From an uncultured Verrucomicrobiae bacterium (GTDB lineage Bacteria; Verrucomicrobiota; Verrucomicrobiia; Chthoniobacterales; Chthoniobacteraceae): DNA of 64,000 nt. This document shows, piece by piece, positions 1-10,824 of the stretch. The notes beneath the pieces were generated by a model that worked only from the letters and a program-made list of their open reading frames with translations, searched no databases and was not told the origin of the DNA. The stretch is taken from NCBI GenBank assembly GCA_963769025.1, contig CAVYKI010000003.1, positions 416,001 through 480,000 of the forward strand, written 5' to 3'. Position numbers and translations under genes: made by a program. Every line of letters starts with the position of its first letter. Position 1 is the stretch's first letter.

Positions 1-782
1 CCGATGAGGAGCCGGCGTTCGCCGAAGCGGACGAGGATCGGGGAAACGTAGCCCGCGGTGTCGGGCGAGCCGTCGCCCTCCGTGTCCGGCAGCGGCGCGC
101 TTTTCCAAAGCACCGCACCAGTGTCCCGGTCGAGCGCGACGACGAGGGCATCGCGACCGCCGGCGGTGACGAAGACGCTGCGTCCCTCCACGAGCACGTT
201 TTCGCTGATGCCCCAGGTGATGTTTTTCCCGCCGAAGCGCGCGAGCACATCCACGGCCCACCGCTCGCTCCCGCTCGCCGCGTCGAAGCATGCGAGACGG
301 CCATGGGCATTCATATGGAAAATGTGGCCCGCGGCGTACGTGACCGAGGCGCGCGCGCCGGGATGATCGTCCTTCCATGACGCGCCGTTTTTCGCCGTCC
401 AGAGCGGGCGTCCGTCGAGGTCGAGCGCGAAGATGTGGAGCTCGTCGCCGACATCGCCGGTGAGGTAGATGCGGTCCTGCGCGATGATGGGCGATGAATA
501 GCCGCGGCCGGGATTTTCCACGGACCACAGGCGCTTCGGCCCGCCCTCGGGCCAGGTCTGGAGCAGCCCGCGCTGGTCGCTCACGCCGTCTCGTCGAGGC
601 CCGCGGAATTGCGGCCAACCCGGCTCCGGCGAGGCGATGAGTTGCGCGACTGAAGCAGGGGCCGCGGCGTTGGCCGGGGCATTCGCGCGACCGAGGCCGG
701 GGAAAGACAGGGCGATGACGAGGAGCAATCGCGCGAGCGGAAGCGACGCGCGGAGCGGGATGGATGTGGATGGGGCAACCAT
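1..782 (-). CDS. PQQ-binding-like/BamB-family beta-propeller protein, secreted (partial, runs off window start)
   Basis: Translated by hand (not in ORF track): signal-like N-terminus, then WPQFRGPRRDGVS...WPEGGPKRLWS...GYSSPII and repeated ALD/W motifs typical of PVC PQQ-like propellers. Confidence 0.8.
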   Translation of the reverse strand, partial: MVAPSTSIPLRASLPLARLLLVIALSFPGLGRANAPANAAAPASVAQLIASPEPGWPQFRGPRRDGVSDQRGLLQTWPEGGPKRLWSVENPGRGYSSPIIAQDRIYLTGDVGDELHIFALDLDGRPLWTAKNGASWKDDHPGARASVTYAAGHIFHMNAHGRLACFDAASGSERWAVDVLARFGGKNITWGISENVLVEGRSVFVTAGGRDALVVALDRDTGAVLWKSAPLPDTEGDGSPDTAGYVSPILVRFGERRLLI

Positions 783-1083
783 GGCTCAGGAAGCTATGCC
801 GAGGGGCGCATCGGTAAAGGAAGAGTGTTCGGCGATCGGGACGGTGCCGGGGCGGGAGTTGTCCTGTTTTGAACCGCGGCGGGCGCGGCGGCTTGACGAG
901 GCCGTGCATGTTTTTCGCCGCGACCGCCGCGGTTCCATCCGCGGCCCCCGCTCAGATCGGAACCCGACCCGCCGGGTGTGCCGCCTTGATTCGGAGACAG
1001 CAACCCGCTTCCATCCACGCGTTCTGCCAGTTCATCGCGAGGGCGGTGTGCGGCGGGAATTCCCATCTCCAGCCGCGCCCATC

Positions 1084-1737
1084 ATGCCCGAACCTCAAAA
1101 TCCACAGCAGCCGCAGAACCCGCAGCCAAGAGGCAGGCAACAGCAGCCGCGAAGCGCTCAGGGAAGATCAAGGCCGCAGCCAGATGCAGCGCCGAAGCCT
1201 CCTCCCCAGCCGCAGCAGCGATCCCAAACGGAGCCGCAAAGGCCGCCGGGGCCGCGTCCGCAACGCGGGAATGCGCGGCAACAGCGACCGCAGCGGCAGC
1301 CGCAACAGAGGCCGCAACCGCAGCCTGCGCCGCAACATCCACCCCAAGTCGCCCCACGGCAAAACGCGCAGCCGAAGCCCGGCGTCCAGTCGCACACAAA
1401 GTCGAAGTTTCTCCTCATCTTCGAGCGGGACCAGGGCCGGTGCGTTTACTGCGGGCTGGATCTCAAGGCGGACTTTGACCGCTTTATGATGGCGACCGAG
1501 GACCATCTGTTCCCCGGCTCGCAGGGGAGCTACGCGAGGGAGTTGGACAACTTGGTCCTGAGCTGCCGGACGTGCAACAACCTCAAGGGAAACTTCGTGC
1601 CGGTGCCACCCATCGATCCCATCGCGCAGCGGCGGCAATACATCACGGCGATGCGCGCCTACATCATGAGCCGGCGCGCCGAACGCGTGAAGGAGTTCCT
1701 CAAGGTGACGCACCCCGGCATGCCGGACTATCAGTGA
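1084..1737 (+). CDS. HNH endonuclease with Q/P-rich low-complexity N-terminus
   Basis: RDQGRCVYCG...EDHLFP...NLVLSCRTCNNLKG (HNH with CxxC/CxxC); ATG 1084 chosen as start within ORF 637..1737. Confidence 0.8.
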   Translation: MPEPQNPQQPQNPQPRGRQQQPRSAQGRSRPQPDAAPKPPPQPQQRSQTEPQRPPGPRPQRGNARQQRPQRQPQQRPQPQPAPQHPPQVAPRQNAQPKPGVQSHTKSKFLLIFERDQGRCVYCGLDLKADFDRFMMATEDHLFPGSQGSYARELDNLVLSCRTCNNLKGNFVPVPPIDPIAQRRQYITAMRAYIMSRRAERVKEFLKVTHPGMPDYQ

Positions 1738-1758
1738 CCGCGGCTTTCGCCCGGGCGC

Positions 1759-3098
1759 TCAGCCGAGCCGGGCGTGCAGCTTTTCCCGGAGCAGTTCGCG
1801 GAGCGGCCCGTCGGGCAGGCGCTCGGTGACCTCATTCAGGAAGCCGAAGACGACGAGGCGCTGCGCCTCGCGCATCGGGATGCCCCGCGAGAGGAGATAG
1901 AAAAGCTCCTCGGTATCCACTTGGCCGCTCGTCGCGCCGTGCGTGCATCGGACATCGTCGGCCTCGATCTCGAGGCCGGGCGCGCTGTTGGCCTCGGCTT
2001 CGTCGGTGAGGAGAAGGTTGCGCACCTTCTGATACGCATCCGTCTTGTGCGCGCCGGGCTCCACGCGGATGAGGCCGGTGAAGATGGTGCGCGACGTGAT
2101 CGTTCAGCGAGTTCTTGTAGAGCAGATCGCTCGCGGTGTTCGGAGCCTCGTGGATCTGCAGCGTGCGCTGGTCGATGACCTGCGAGCCTTCCGCGGTGGA
2201 GATGCTGAGCATGTCGCTGCGTCCGCCGGGGCCGCGCAGGTGGCTGAGCGATTCGCTGCGCACCAGCCGGCCGCCGAGATTCAGCGAGAGCGCGAGCGCG
2301 CTGGCGTCGCGGGCGACGATGGTGTTGTTCAGGCGAAAGGCGAGCGTCTGCCGGCTCCAGTTCTGGACGGCGATGTAGGTGACGCTTCGCGCCGTTGCCG
2401 ACGACGATGTCATTCACCCCGCATGCGAGGCCGGGCTCTTCGCCGGCGGACTGGAAATGATCCACCATCGTCACCTTGCTCGTTCTCATCGGCGATGATG
2501 AGCGTGTGAGGAAAGACGCTCGCGCCGCCGCCCTGCAGCCAATGGAAGGACTCGATGGGCAGGGCGATTTCGACGCCCCGCGGGACGTAGAGGAAGGTGC
2601 CGTTGCGCACCTGCGACTCGTGCAGCGCGGCGAATTTCTGCGAGCCGAGCGATCGCATCCTCGCTCAGGAAATGTTTTTCGATCAGCTCGCGGTGCTCGG
2701 CGATGGCCTGCTCCAGCGGAAGCCACAGCACGCCCTTCGCGCGCAGGCTGTCGCCGTGGAGTTGCCGTTCGACGAGGCGGTCGTTTGCGAAGACCATCCG
2801 GCCCGAGGTCTCGGCGAGCCCCGTCGAGCGGGCGACGCAGCGCGGCGCACTCCGCATCGCTGAGCGTCGGCGCGCGCGCTGGAACGGCGAAAGGTCGAGC
2901 GCCTTCACGTCGGCAAAGCGCCACGTTCGTCCGTGCGCACTGGCATCGGCAGTTTTCTCGAATTGCTCCCACGCCGCCTGCTGGCGCTCGCGGAAGTAGT
3001 CGGGATGAGTGCTGAAATTCGGGCCGCGCTTCGGTGACGGAAGATTCGTCACTCACGGCGAGGTTTGCGGGTACAGGTAGGTCCACGGTTGCGTTCAT
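1759..3098 (-). CDS. sufD: Fe-S cluster assembly protein SufD (several frameshifts)
   Basis: Fragments [51 protein letters not shown]; follows sufB. Confidence 0.9.
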
Positions 3099-3131
3099 GA
3101 AAATTTGCCAAGGGCGATGCTTGCGCAGGCG

Positions 3132-4570
3132 TCAGCCGACGCTGCCTTCCATTTCGAGATCGATGAGGCGCTTCAGTTCGACGCTGTATTCCATCGGGAA
3201 CTGGCGGACGAGGTCGTTGACGAAGCCGTTCACGGAGAGGCTCATCGCCTGCGCCTTCGGTGAGGCCGCGCTGCTGCATGTAGAAGATCTGCTCGGCGGA
3301 AATCTGCGAGACGCTCGCCTCGTGCTGCGTGGCGTTGCCGGTGCCACGCACGGTGATGGCGGGATACGTGTCGGTGCGGCGACGTGGAATTGATGAGCAG
3401 CGCGTCGCACTCGGTGTTGTTCTTGCAGCCCTTGAGGTGCTTCGGAATGTGGACGAGGCCGCGGTAGGTCGAGCGTCCCTTGCCGAGGCGAGATGATCTT
3501 GCTGAACGATGTTCGAGGTCGTCTCGTCGGCGGCGTGGATCATCTTCGCGCCGGTGTCCTGGTGCTGGCCGTCGCCGGCGAGCGCGATGGAGATGACTTC
3601 GCCGCGCGCCTTGCGGCCCTTCAGCACGACGCCGGGATACTTCATCGTGAGGCGCGAGCCGATGTTGCAATCGATCCACTTCACCTCCGCCTCCTCGTGC
3701 GCGATGGCGCGCTTGGTCACGAGGTTGAAGACGTTCGCGGACCAGTTCTGCACGGTGATGTACTGGAGCTTCGCGCCCTTCATCGCGACGAGTTCGACGA
3801 CCGCGGAGTGCAGCGTCGCCGTCTCGAATTTCGGCGCGGTGCAGCCTTCCATGTACATCACCTCGGCAGCCTTCGTCGGCGATGATGAGCGTGCGCTCGA
3901 ACTGGCCGAAGTTCTCCGCGTTGATGCGGAAATACGCCTGGAGCGGATGCTTCACCTTCACGCCCTTCGGCACGTAGATGAACGAGCCGCCGCTGAACAC
4001 CGCGCTGTTCAGCGCGCTGAATTTGTTGTCGCCGGTCGGGATGACCTTGCCGAACCACTTCCGGAAAATCTCCGGGTGCTCCTTCAGCCCCTCGGTGCTG
4101 CTGACGAAGATCGACGCCCTGCGTCGCCGAGCGCCTTCTTCATGTTCGAGTAGACCGCCTCGGAGTCGAACTGCGCCTCGACGCCGGCGAGGAACTTGCG
4201 CTCCTGCTCCGGGATGCCGAGCCGCTCGAAGGTGCGCTTCACATCGTCCGGCACATCGTCCCACGAGCGCTTCGGCTTCTGGCCGTTCGCGAGGTAGTAG
4301 CGGATTTTTTCGAAGATGATGTTGTTCGAGATCCTTCGAGGCCCAGTGCGTCGGCATGGGCTTGGAAAGGAATACGTCGAGCGCCTTGTGGCGAAACTCA
4401 CGGATCCAGTCCGGCTCGCTCTTCACGTCGGAGATGTAGTCAATCGTCGCGTGCGACAAGCCCGTGCCCGCGCCGAACGCGTGCTCCTCGGGATAGGCAA
4501 AGTCTCCGCGCGTGCGATCGATGTCGAGTTTCGCGGCCTGGTCGGTTGGTTCGAGTAGTTCTGTGCTCAT
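3132..4570 (-). CDS. sufB: Fe-S cluster assembly protein SufB (several frameshifts)
   Basis: [45 protein letters not shown]-terminal MEGSVG. Confidence 0.95.
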
Positions 4571-4593
4571 GATGACCTCCTTTGTTTTTAAAA

Positions 4594-5362
4594 TCATGCG
4601 TTCGCGGATGCCGCGATCTCGTCCTTGATCCAGTCGTAGCCCTTCGCCTCAAGTTCGAGCGCGAGTTCCTTGCCGCCGGTGTGGACGATGCGTCCGCCCA
4701 CGAGCACATGCACGATGTCGGGCACGATGTAGTCGAGCAGCCGCTGGTAGTGGGTGATGACGAGAATGCCCGCATCCGCGCTGCGCATGGCGTTCACGCC
4801 GTTCGAGACGATCTTCAGCGCGTCGATGTCGAGGCCGCTGTCCGTCTCGTCGAGCACGGCGTACTTCGGCTTGAGCATGAGCATCTGGAGGATTTCGTTC
4901 CGCTTCTTCTCGCCGCCGGAGAAGCCTTCGTTCACCGAGCGCGCGGTGAATTTCCGGTCCATCTCCAGCATGTCCATCTTCTCGTAGAGCTGGTCGTAAT
5001 AGTCCGTCGCCTCGAGTTCCTCGCCTTCGGGCAGCCGCGCCTGCAGCGCCGCACGGAGGAAGTTCGCATTCGAGACGCCGGGGATTTCCATCGGATACTG
5101 GAACGCGAGGAAAAGACCCGCCCGCGAGCGCACATCGGGCTCCATGCCGAGCAGGTTCACGCCGTCGAGCAGCACTTCGCCCTCGGTCACTTCATAGTCG
5201 GGATGGCCGCCGAGCACCTTGCTCAGCGTGCTCTTTGCCGGAGCCGTTCGGGCCCATGATGGCGTGGACTTTCCCTTTCTCGACCGTGAGGTCCAGGCCG
5301 CGGAGGATTTCGATGCCGGTCGTAGCGACGCGGGCGTGCAGGTTTTTGATTTCGAGGCTCAT
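4594..5362 (-). CDS. sufC: Fe-S cluster assembly ATPase SufC (one frameshift)
   Basis: [11 protein letters not shown]alker [38 protein letters not shown]. Confidence 0.95.
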
Positions 5363-5379
5363 GTTTGTAAAAATGTTCT

Positions 5380-5848
5380 TCAGTTGCGCTTCGGCGTTCT
5401 TGCCTTGGCGGATGCGGCCACCGTGCATTTCGGGCAGGTGCCGCGAAACGCGACTTCGTGCTCGGCGATGACGAGGCTCTCGGGAAACTCCCACACGTCC
5501 TCGGGACGCCTGCGGCTGCGCAGCGGGATGTCGGAAACGCCCCCACACGATTCGCAGAAAAAGTGCGCGTGCTCCTGGAGATTCGGGCAGTAGCGCGCAG
5601 GGCCGCGCTCGTCGGTCACGGTTTTCGCGAGCCCGCAGTCGGTCAGCGTTTCGAGGCAATTGTAAACCGTCGCGAGAGAGATTGAAGGGATGCGTTCGCG
5701 CACCCGCGTGAAAACCTCAACCGCCGTGGGATGGTCGCGTTTGCCAGTCAGAATATCGTACACGGCGCGCCGCTGATCCGTCATCCGCAGGCCGTGGCCG
5801 TGGATCTTTGCATCTGGCGAAATGGGCTGGGAGGTTGGCTTGTTCATC
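5380..5848 (-). CDS. Fur-family transcriptional regulator (PerR/Irr-like)
   Basis: [33 protein letters not shown]; first gene of the suf operon. Confidence 0.9.
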
Positions 5849-5880
5849 TCCTTCCAAAGGAGCATCCGCCCTTCTCCATA

Positions 5881-5897
5881 TCAAGAACAATTCTTAT
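5881..5897. promoter_or_regulatory. Candidate Fur-family operator (AAGAA-N3-TTCTT)
   Basis: TCAAGAACAATTCTTAT, an AT-rich inverted repeat about 30 bp upstream of the Fur-family start. Confidence 0.5.
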
Positions 5898-6006
5898 TTA
5901 GGTTAGCCGCGGAGCGCGACGAACACCGCGTCACGGAATTGCGAACACCTGGGTTTATCGCTTTGCAGCGCTTGGATGTCCGGTATGCTTATACGTACTT
6001 TTTAAC

Positions 6007-7311
6007 ATGAAGAAACTCCTTGTTCTGCTGCTCCTGCTCGTCGCCAGCTTCTTCGCTCTGAAAAAATGGAGTCCCGATACACTGAAAAGGATCACGGGCG
6101 TCCTTTCCAATCCAGGCCGGGCAACCGAGGTCCAGGAGCCCCTGCCGGCGATTCCCCTGCCCGAGCCGGCACCGGCGCCGAAGGCAACGGATCCCGAGCC
6201 GATGCCCGCGCCCGCCGTCGCGCAGAATGTGGTGTCAGTGGACAGGTCCGCGCAGGTGGTCGTCCTGGGCTACCACCGCATGGAGGGTCCATCAGGCGGC
6301 GCGCTGAGCATCTCACCGGAACTGTTCGAGCAGCACATGCAGCGGCTGAAGGACAGCGGGATTCAGGTGATTTCGATGAAGGATTTCCTCGCATGGCGGC
6401 GCAATGAAAAGACCATCCCGCCGAAGAGCGCGATCATCACGATCGACGACGGTTACGCTTCGGCATTCGATGTCGCCCGGCCGATCCTGAAGAAATTCAA
6501 CTACCCGTGGACGTACTTCATTTACACCAAATACGTGGCAAGCGGCGGCAAGAGCATCACGTGGGAGCAGCTCGCAGAGCTGCGCGATGAAGGCGTGGAA
6601 ATCGGCTGCCACACCGCCTCCCACATCAATCTCCGCGAGACGCGCGGCAGGTCCCCGGAGGCTTACGACGCCTGGCTCCGCGACGAAATCATCGGCTCGA
6701 AACAGCTCATCGAGCAAAAGCTGGGCATCCGTTGCGCGGTGTTCGCCTACCCCGAGGGCCGCTACAACACCAAGGTGCTCGATGTCGTGAAGACCGGGGG
6801 CTACGACGCCGCGTTCACGACCTACGGCCAGCGCGTCACGCACGGCGCGCCTGCGGATAAGATCGGCCGCTACGCTTGGTACACCAAACGTCCGCAGGAC
6901 ATGGAAATGGCCCTCAATTTCAGCGGCCCGCTCAGCTCCTCGGAGGAGGAGGATCCCGGATCGACCGACCTCGCGGCGGCGATGCTCCTCACCCAGCCGG
7001 TGAATGGCGAAATCATCTCCGATCCCGAGCCGTTGCTGAAGGCGAACCTCAGCACCCTCGGCGCATTCGACGAGAGCAGCCTTGTGCTGCGCCTGAGCGG
7101 CATCGGGCGGATTCCGGCGAAATTCGATCGCGCCAACAAAATCATCGAGGCCAGGCCGCCGCAACCGCTCAAGCCCGGCGAATACACCGTCGTTGTCTCG
7201 GGAAGAAACGGCGCGAAACGAATCGAGACGCAGTGGTCATTCAAGATCGACCCGCACGGCGGACTCGCCGCGCCGCTCGATTCATTTTCGTCGAATCCGC
7301 TGCTCAAGTAA
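6007..7311 (+). CDS. Polysaccharide deacetylase (CE4/NodB) with N-terminal anchor and extra C-terminal domain
   Basis: VLGYH, TIDDGY, HTASH, FAYPEG motifs. Confidence 0.9.
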   Translation: MKKLLVLLLLLVASFFALKKWSPDTLKRITGVLSNPGRATEVQEPLPAIPLPEPAPAPKATDPEPMPAPAVAQNVVSVDRSAQVVVLGYHRMEGPSGGALSISPELFEQHMQRLKDSGIQVISMKDFLAWRRNEKTIPPKSAIITIDDGYASAFDVARPILKKFNYPWTYFIYTKYVASGGKSITWEQLAELRDEGVEIGCHTASHINLRETRGRSPEAYDAWLRDEIIGSKQLIEQKLGIRCAVFAYPEGRYNTKVLDVVKTGGYDAAFTTYGQRVTHGAPADKIGRYAWYTKRPQDMEMALNFSGPLSSSEEEDPGSTDLAAAMLLTQPVNGEIISDPEPLLKANLSTLGAFDESSLVLRLSGIGRIPAKFDRANKIIEARPPQPLKPGEYTVVVSGRNGAKRIETQWSFKIDPHGGLAAPLDSFSSNPLLK

Positions 7312-7320
7312 CTCCGCGCG

Positions 7321-7968
7321 TCACGGCGCGAGACGCTCGATTTTCCACGCGCCGTCAGCGACCCGCGTGTAGCGCAGCCGGTCATGCAGCCTGCTCTGGC
7401 GGCCCTGCCAGAACTCCACCGTCGCCGGCCGAACCACATAACCGCCCCAGTGCTCCGGCGCCGGCGGATTGTCGCCGAAGCGCGCCTTCGCCTCCTCGAA
7501 CGCCTTCTCCAGCGCGGCGCGATCCGCGAGCACATCGCTCTGACGCGACGCCCAGGCACCGAGCCGGCTCGCGTGCGGGCGCTTCGGGAAATACGCCTCC
7601 GTCTCCTCGCGCGGCACCTTCTCCACGCGCCCCGTCACATTCACCTGCCGCTCCAGCGCGGCCCAGAGGAAGGTGAGCGCACACCGCGGTTCGTGCGCGA
7701 GATGCCGGCCCTTCGCACTCTCGTAGTTGGTGAAAAATGAAAAGCCGCGCGCGTCGCAACCCTTCAGCAACACCGTGCGCGACCACGGCTGGCCGCCGGC
7801 GTCCACGGTCGCGAGCGTCATCGCATTCGGCTCGAGCAATTGCTGCGCGGCTGCTTCCTCCAGCCATCGCTGAAACTGCCGGAGCGGATCGGGATCCAGC
7901 TCGTTTTCGAGGAGGCCTCGCAGCCCGTATTCCTGGCGGAGGTTTGCGATGTCAAAGTTGCTGGGCAT
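7321..7968 (-). CDS. pdxH: Pyridoxamine 5'-phosphate oxidase
   Basis: LRQEY, EPNAMTLAT, RTVLLK, FFTNYESAKG, EFWQGRQSRLHDR, RLAP. Confidence 0.95.
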   Translation of the reverse strand: MPSNFDIANLRQEYGLRGLLENELDPDPLRQFQRWLEEAAAQQLLEPNAMTLATVDAGGQPWSRTVLLKGCDARGFSFFTNYESAKGRHLAHEPRCALTFLWAALERQVNVTGRVEKVPREETEAYFPKRPHASRLGAWASRQSDVLADRAALEKAFEEAKARFGDNPPAPEHWGGYVVRPATVEFWQGRQSRLHDRLRYTRVADGAWKIERLAP

Positions 7969-8018
7969 CCACGGAGCTTCACCATTTGCGCGGCGCCGCG
8001 CAACACGCCGGTGCGTGC

Positions 8019-8624
8019 TCAGCGCGGCTTTGGCAGCGTGATGTGCGGCTCGCGCAGGTAGAGCGGTTCCAGATCGCCTTCGGCGCAAATGCCGCGCCCT
8101 CCCGCCGCCAGCCGCGCGAGCGTGAGGGCACGCGGACGCGAAACCACCGCCTGCGGCACCAACGCGAGCGGCTCCGCGGAAAGCACCGGCCAATCCGGCA
8201 ACGAGGCCAGGCGCGCGAGCAAGCCCGCCGCATCGACCAGCATCGGCCCATCGGTGCAGGTGCCACCTTCGACTTTCGTGAAGTAGAACGTATCCCGCCG
8301 CGCATCTCCGATCGCGAGGTGCCGCTCCGCGTCGCACTCCCACGCCGCGACGCTCGGGAGTCCGACCAGCTTCGCGCCCATCGCCATGCCGATGCCCATC
8401 GCCGTCGCGATCGCGATGCGCACACCCGCGTAGCTGCCGGGACCGAGGCCGACGGCGATCAAATCGAACCGTCCTGCAAGTTCGCCCGCGCGCTGCAACA
8501 GCGGGACGAGCGCACAGCCGTGGTTGCGGTCCGAAATGCACGACTCGTCGAGCAACAGGCGCCCGTCATCGAGCAGCGCGACGCTCCCGTGCGAAGTCGA
8601 GGTGTCTATCGCGAGCACTTTCAT
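8019..8624 (-). CDS. tsaB: t6A biosynthesis protein TsaB
   Basis: MKVLAIDTST, GPGSYAGVRI, DARR, LEPLYLR. Confidence 0.92.
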   Translation of the reverse strand: MKVLAIDTSTSHGSVALLDDGRLLLDESCISDRNHGCALVPLLQRAGELAGRFDLIAVGLGPGSYAGVRIAIATAMGIGMAMGAKLVGLPSVAAWECDAERHLAIGDARRDTFYFTKVEGGTCTDGPMLVDAAGLLARLASLPDWPVLSAEPLALVPQAVVSRPRALTLARLAAGGRGICAEGDLEPLYLREPHITLPKPR

Positions 8625-9061
8625 GCGCGCGGCGCCTCCCCGCTCTCGTCGCTTTCGTCGATATGCCGCACGTCGCCTTCGCCCGCGCGCATCCGGAACC
8701 AGCGCGTGCCCGCGGGCAGCAGCGCGGGAAATTTTCCGGCCCACTCGATCACGACCACGCCGCCCTCGCCGAGATAATCGTCGAGCCCGATCCGCAGCGT
8801 CTCGTCCTCGCTTTCGAGCCGGTAAAAATCGAAATGGAACAGCGGCAGCCGCCCGCCCGCGTATTCGTGGACGAGCGTGAAGGTCGGGCTCGTCACGTCG
8901 CCAGCGCAGCCGAGGCCGGCGGCGATTCCTTTCACAAAATGCGTCTTGCCCGCGCCGAGTTCGCCATCGAGCGCCACGACATCGCCGGCGCGAAGGGTCT
9001 CACCGAGCGAACGGCCGTACGCGAAGGTCTCCGCCGGACTATGCGAAATGATCGAAGCCAC
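8621..9061 (-). CDS. tsaE: t6A biosynthesis ATPase TsaE
   Basis: GELGAGKTHF, VTSPTFTLVHEY, HFDFYRL, IEW; GTG start inferred. Confidence 0.92.
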   Translation of the reverse strand: MASIISHSPAETFAYGRSLGETLRAGDVVALDGELGAGKTHFVKGIAAGLGCAGDVTSPTFTLVHEYAGGRLPLFHFDFYRLESEDETLRIGLDDYLGEGGVVVIEWAGKFPALLPAGTRWFRMRAGEGDVRHIDESDESGEAPRA

Positions 9062-9932
9062 GGGTTGTTGGTTTTCGTTTTTTGCCCGTCGTCCCGCGCG
9101 TGAGCGAACCGATCCGGGTGAGCGGAAGTTTTGGAAATTTCGCGTGCCACTTCGCCTCGAGCCGCGCCGCGTCACTCGGCTGCACGGCGAAGAGCAGCTC
9201 GAAATCCTCCCCGTCGCCGAGCGCCTGCGCGACGGTACAGCCAGGATTGCGCGGGATCCGCTCCCCGGAAATTTCAAACCCGCACCCGCTCGCCTTCGCG
9301 AGCCGCGGAAGGTCGGCGGCGAGGCCGTCGCTGAGATCCATCATCGCGCGGATGCGGAACTGCTCCGTGAGCCAGCGCGCCTCGGCGAGCCGCGGGATGA
9401 AATCGAGATGCTTCGCCGCGAGCGAACCGCCAAGCTTGCCGGTCACGTACAGGATGTCCCCCGCCCTGCCGCCGCTGCGCGTCACGCACCGCGCGCGCTC
9501 GACCTCGCCGGTGAGCGCCACGCTGATGAACGCCGGCCCCGGCGAACGCGACGTCTCCCCGCCGACGATGCTCACGCCGAACCGCCGCGCCGCTTTTCTC
9601 AGCCCCGCGTAAAGTCCGCGCAGCCACGCCAGCTTCACGTCCCTCGCGACTGCGATTGTGATCATCGCGTGGCGTGGCAGTCCGCCCATCGCGGCGATGT
9701 CGCTCACCGCGCGGCACAGCGCCTTCCAGCCGACGCGCGCCGGTTTTTCCTTTGCAAGAAAGTGGACACCCTCGACCACGCAGTCCGCCTTCAGCAGTGA
9801 CCACACGCGATCGCGCGGGCCGCCGATGACGGCGCAATCATCCCCCGCGCCGCGCCGCACATCGCCGCCAAGCGGCAAACCACGCGTGATCGCCGCCACC
9901 ACGGCATCCTCGCCGAGCGCAGCGATTTTCAT
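9039..9932 (-). CDS. thiL: Thiamine-monophosphate kinase
   Basis: GDDCA, EGVHF, SDIAAMGG, GGET, MDLSDGL, GEDFELLF. Confidence 0.95.
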   Translation of the reverse strand: MKIAALGEDAVVAAITRGLPLGGDVRRGAGDDCAVIGGPRDRVWSLLKADCVVEGVHFLAKEKPARVGWKALCRAVSDIAAMGGLPRHAMITIAVARDVKLAWLRGLYAGLRKAARRFGVSIVGGETSRSPGPAFISVALTGEVERARCVTRSGGRAGDILYVTGKLGGSLAAKHLDFIPRLAEARWLTEQFRIRAMMDLSDGLAADLPRLAKASGCGFEISGERIPRNPGCTVAQALGDGEDFELLFAVQPSDAARLEAKWHAKFPKLPLTRIGSLTRGTTGKKRKPTTRGFDHFA

Positions 9933-10810
9933 TTCATGAGCCCGTGGCTGGTGGCCCACCACATGACGAAGAGCGAGGTCGCATTGAACCACGCGTGCAT
10001 GAAAATCGAGACGGCGATCGAGCCGGACCATTCGTACGCGAGCGTAAGCGCGAGCGCGAGGACCGTGAGGCCGGGGAACCCGAGTGCGTTGTTGTGGATC
10101 GCACCGAAGAGCATCGACATGCCAAGCGCGGCAGGGATGGGCCCCGCGATGCGTTTCAGGACCGGATAAAAGTAGCCGCGGAAGAGAAGCTCCTCGGTGA
10201 TCGGCGCGATGACGACCGCCGCGACGAAGACCTGCCAGAGGATGTCGCTCTTCCCGCTCTTCGCCGCGCGCTGGTAAACCTTCACCAGCTCCTGCTGCTC
10301 CGCGTGCCCGTCGAGGAACTGATACGCGATGCTCGTCACGAGCATGAACAGCGGCAGCATGAGCACGATGAGGCCCGCCGCCGTGGCGATGGCGCGCACG
10401 AGGCCGACGCGTTTCAGGCCGAAAATCGCCGGAAGGCTGATCCCGCGGGCGATGAGCAGTGCGATGATCGCAGCCACAGGCAGCGCGAACTGGAGCGCGC
10501 CATAGATGATCTGAAGCCCCGTGACTCCCCCGGCCGGCGAGCCCGGGGCATCCGGCGGTTTCGGCACGGCCGGCAGCACCCACTGCATCACCACGAGCAG
10601 GAGCAGCAGCACGACGAGCGCACCCGTCACGAGCACATCCGGCAGCCCGAACAAGTCGGTGCGGACGAGCCCGCCGCGGATGCCCACGCGCCGGATCATC
10701 TTCCGGTAAACGTGGATGCCGGCAAAGAGCAGCCCGAACGCGATGACGTTCAGCAGGATCAGTTGATCCATCGGCAGCTCGATTTCCGTCGTGAGTGAGG
10801 CGACCAGCAC
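9929..10810 (-). CDS. CPBP (CAAX/Abi) family intramembrane metalloprotease
   Basis: EELLFRG, FGAIH, HAWFN motifs; multiple TM helices. Confidence 0.88.
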   Translation of the reverse strand: MLVASLTTEIELPMDQLILLNVIAFGLLFAGIHVYRKMIRRVGIRGGLVRTDLFGLPDVLVTGALVVLLLLLVVMQWVLPAVPKPPDAPGSPAGGVTGLQIIYGALQFALPVAAIIALLIARGISLPAIFGLKRVGLVRAIATAAGLIVLMLPLFMLVTSIAYQFLDGHAEQQELVKVYQRAAKSGKSDILWQVFVAAVVIAPITEELLFRGYFYPVLKRIAGPIPAALGMSMLFGAIHNNALGFPGLTVLALALTLAYEWSGSIAVSIFMHAWFNATSLFVMWWATSHGLMK

Positions 10811-10824
10811 GGCTCTGAAAAGCG

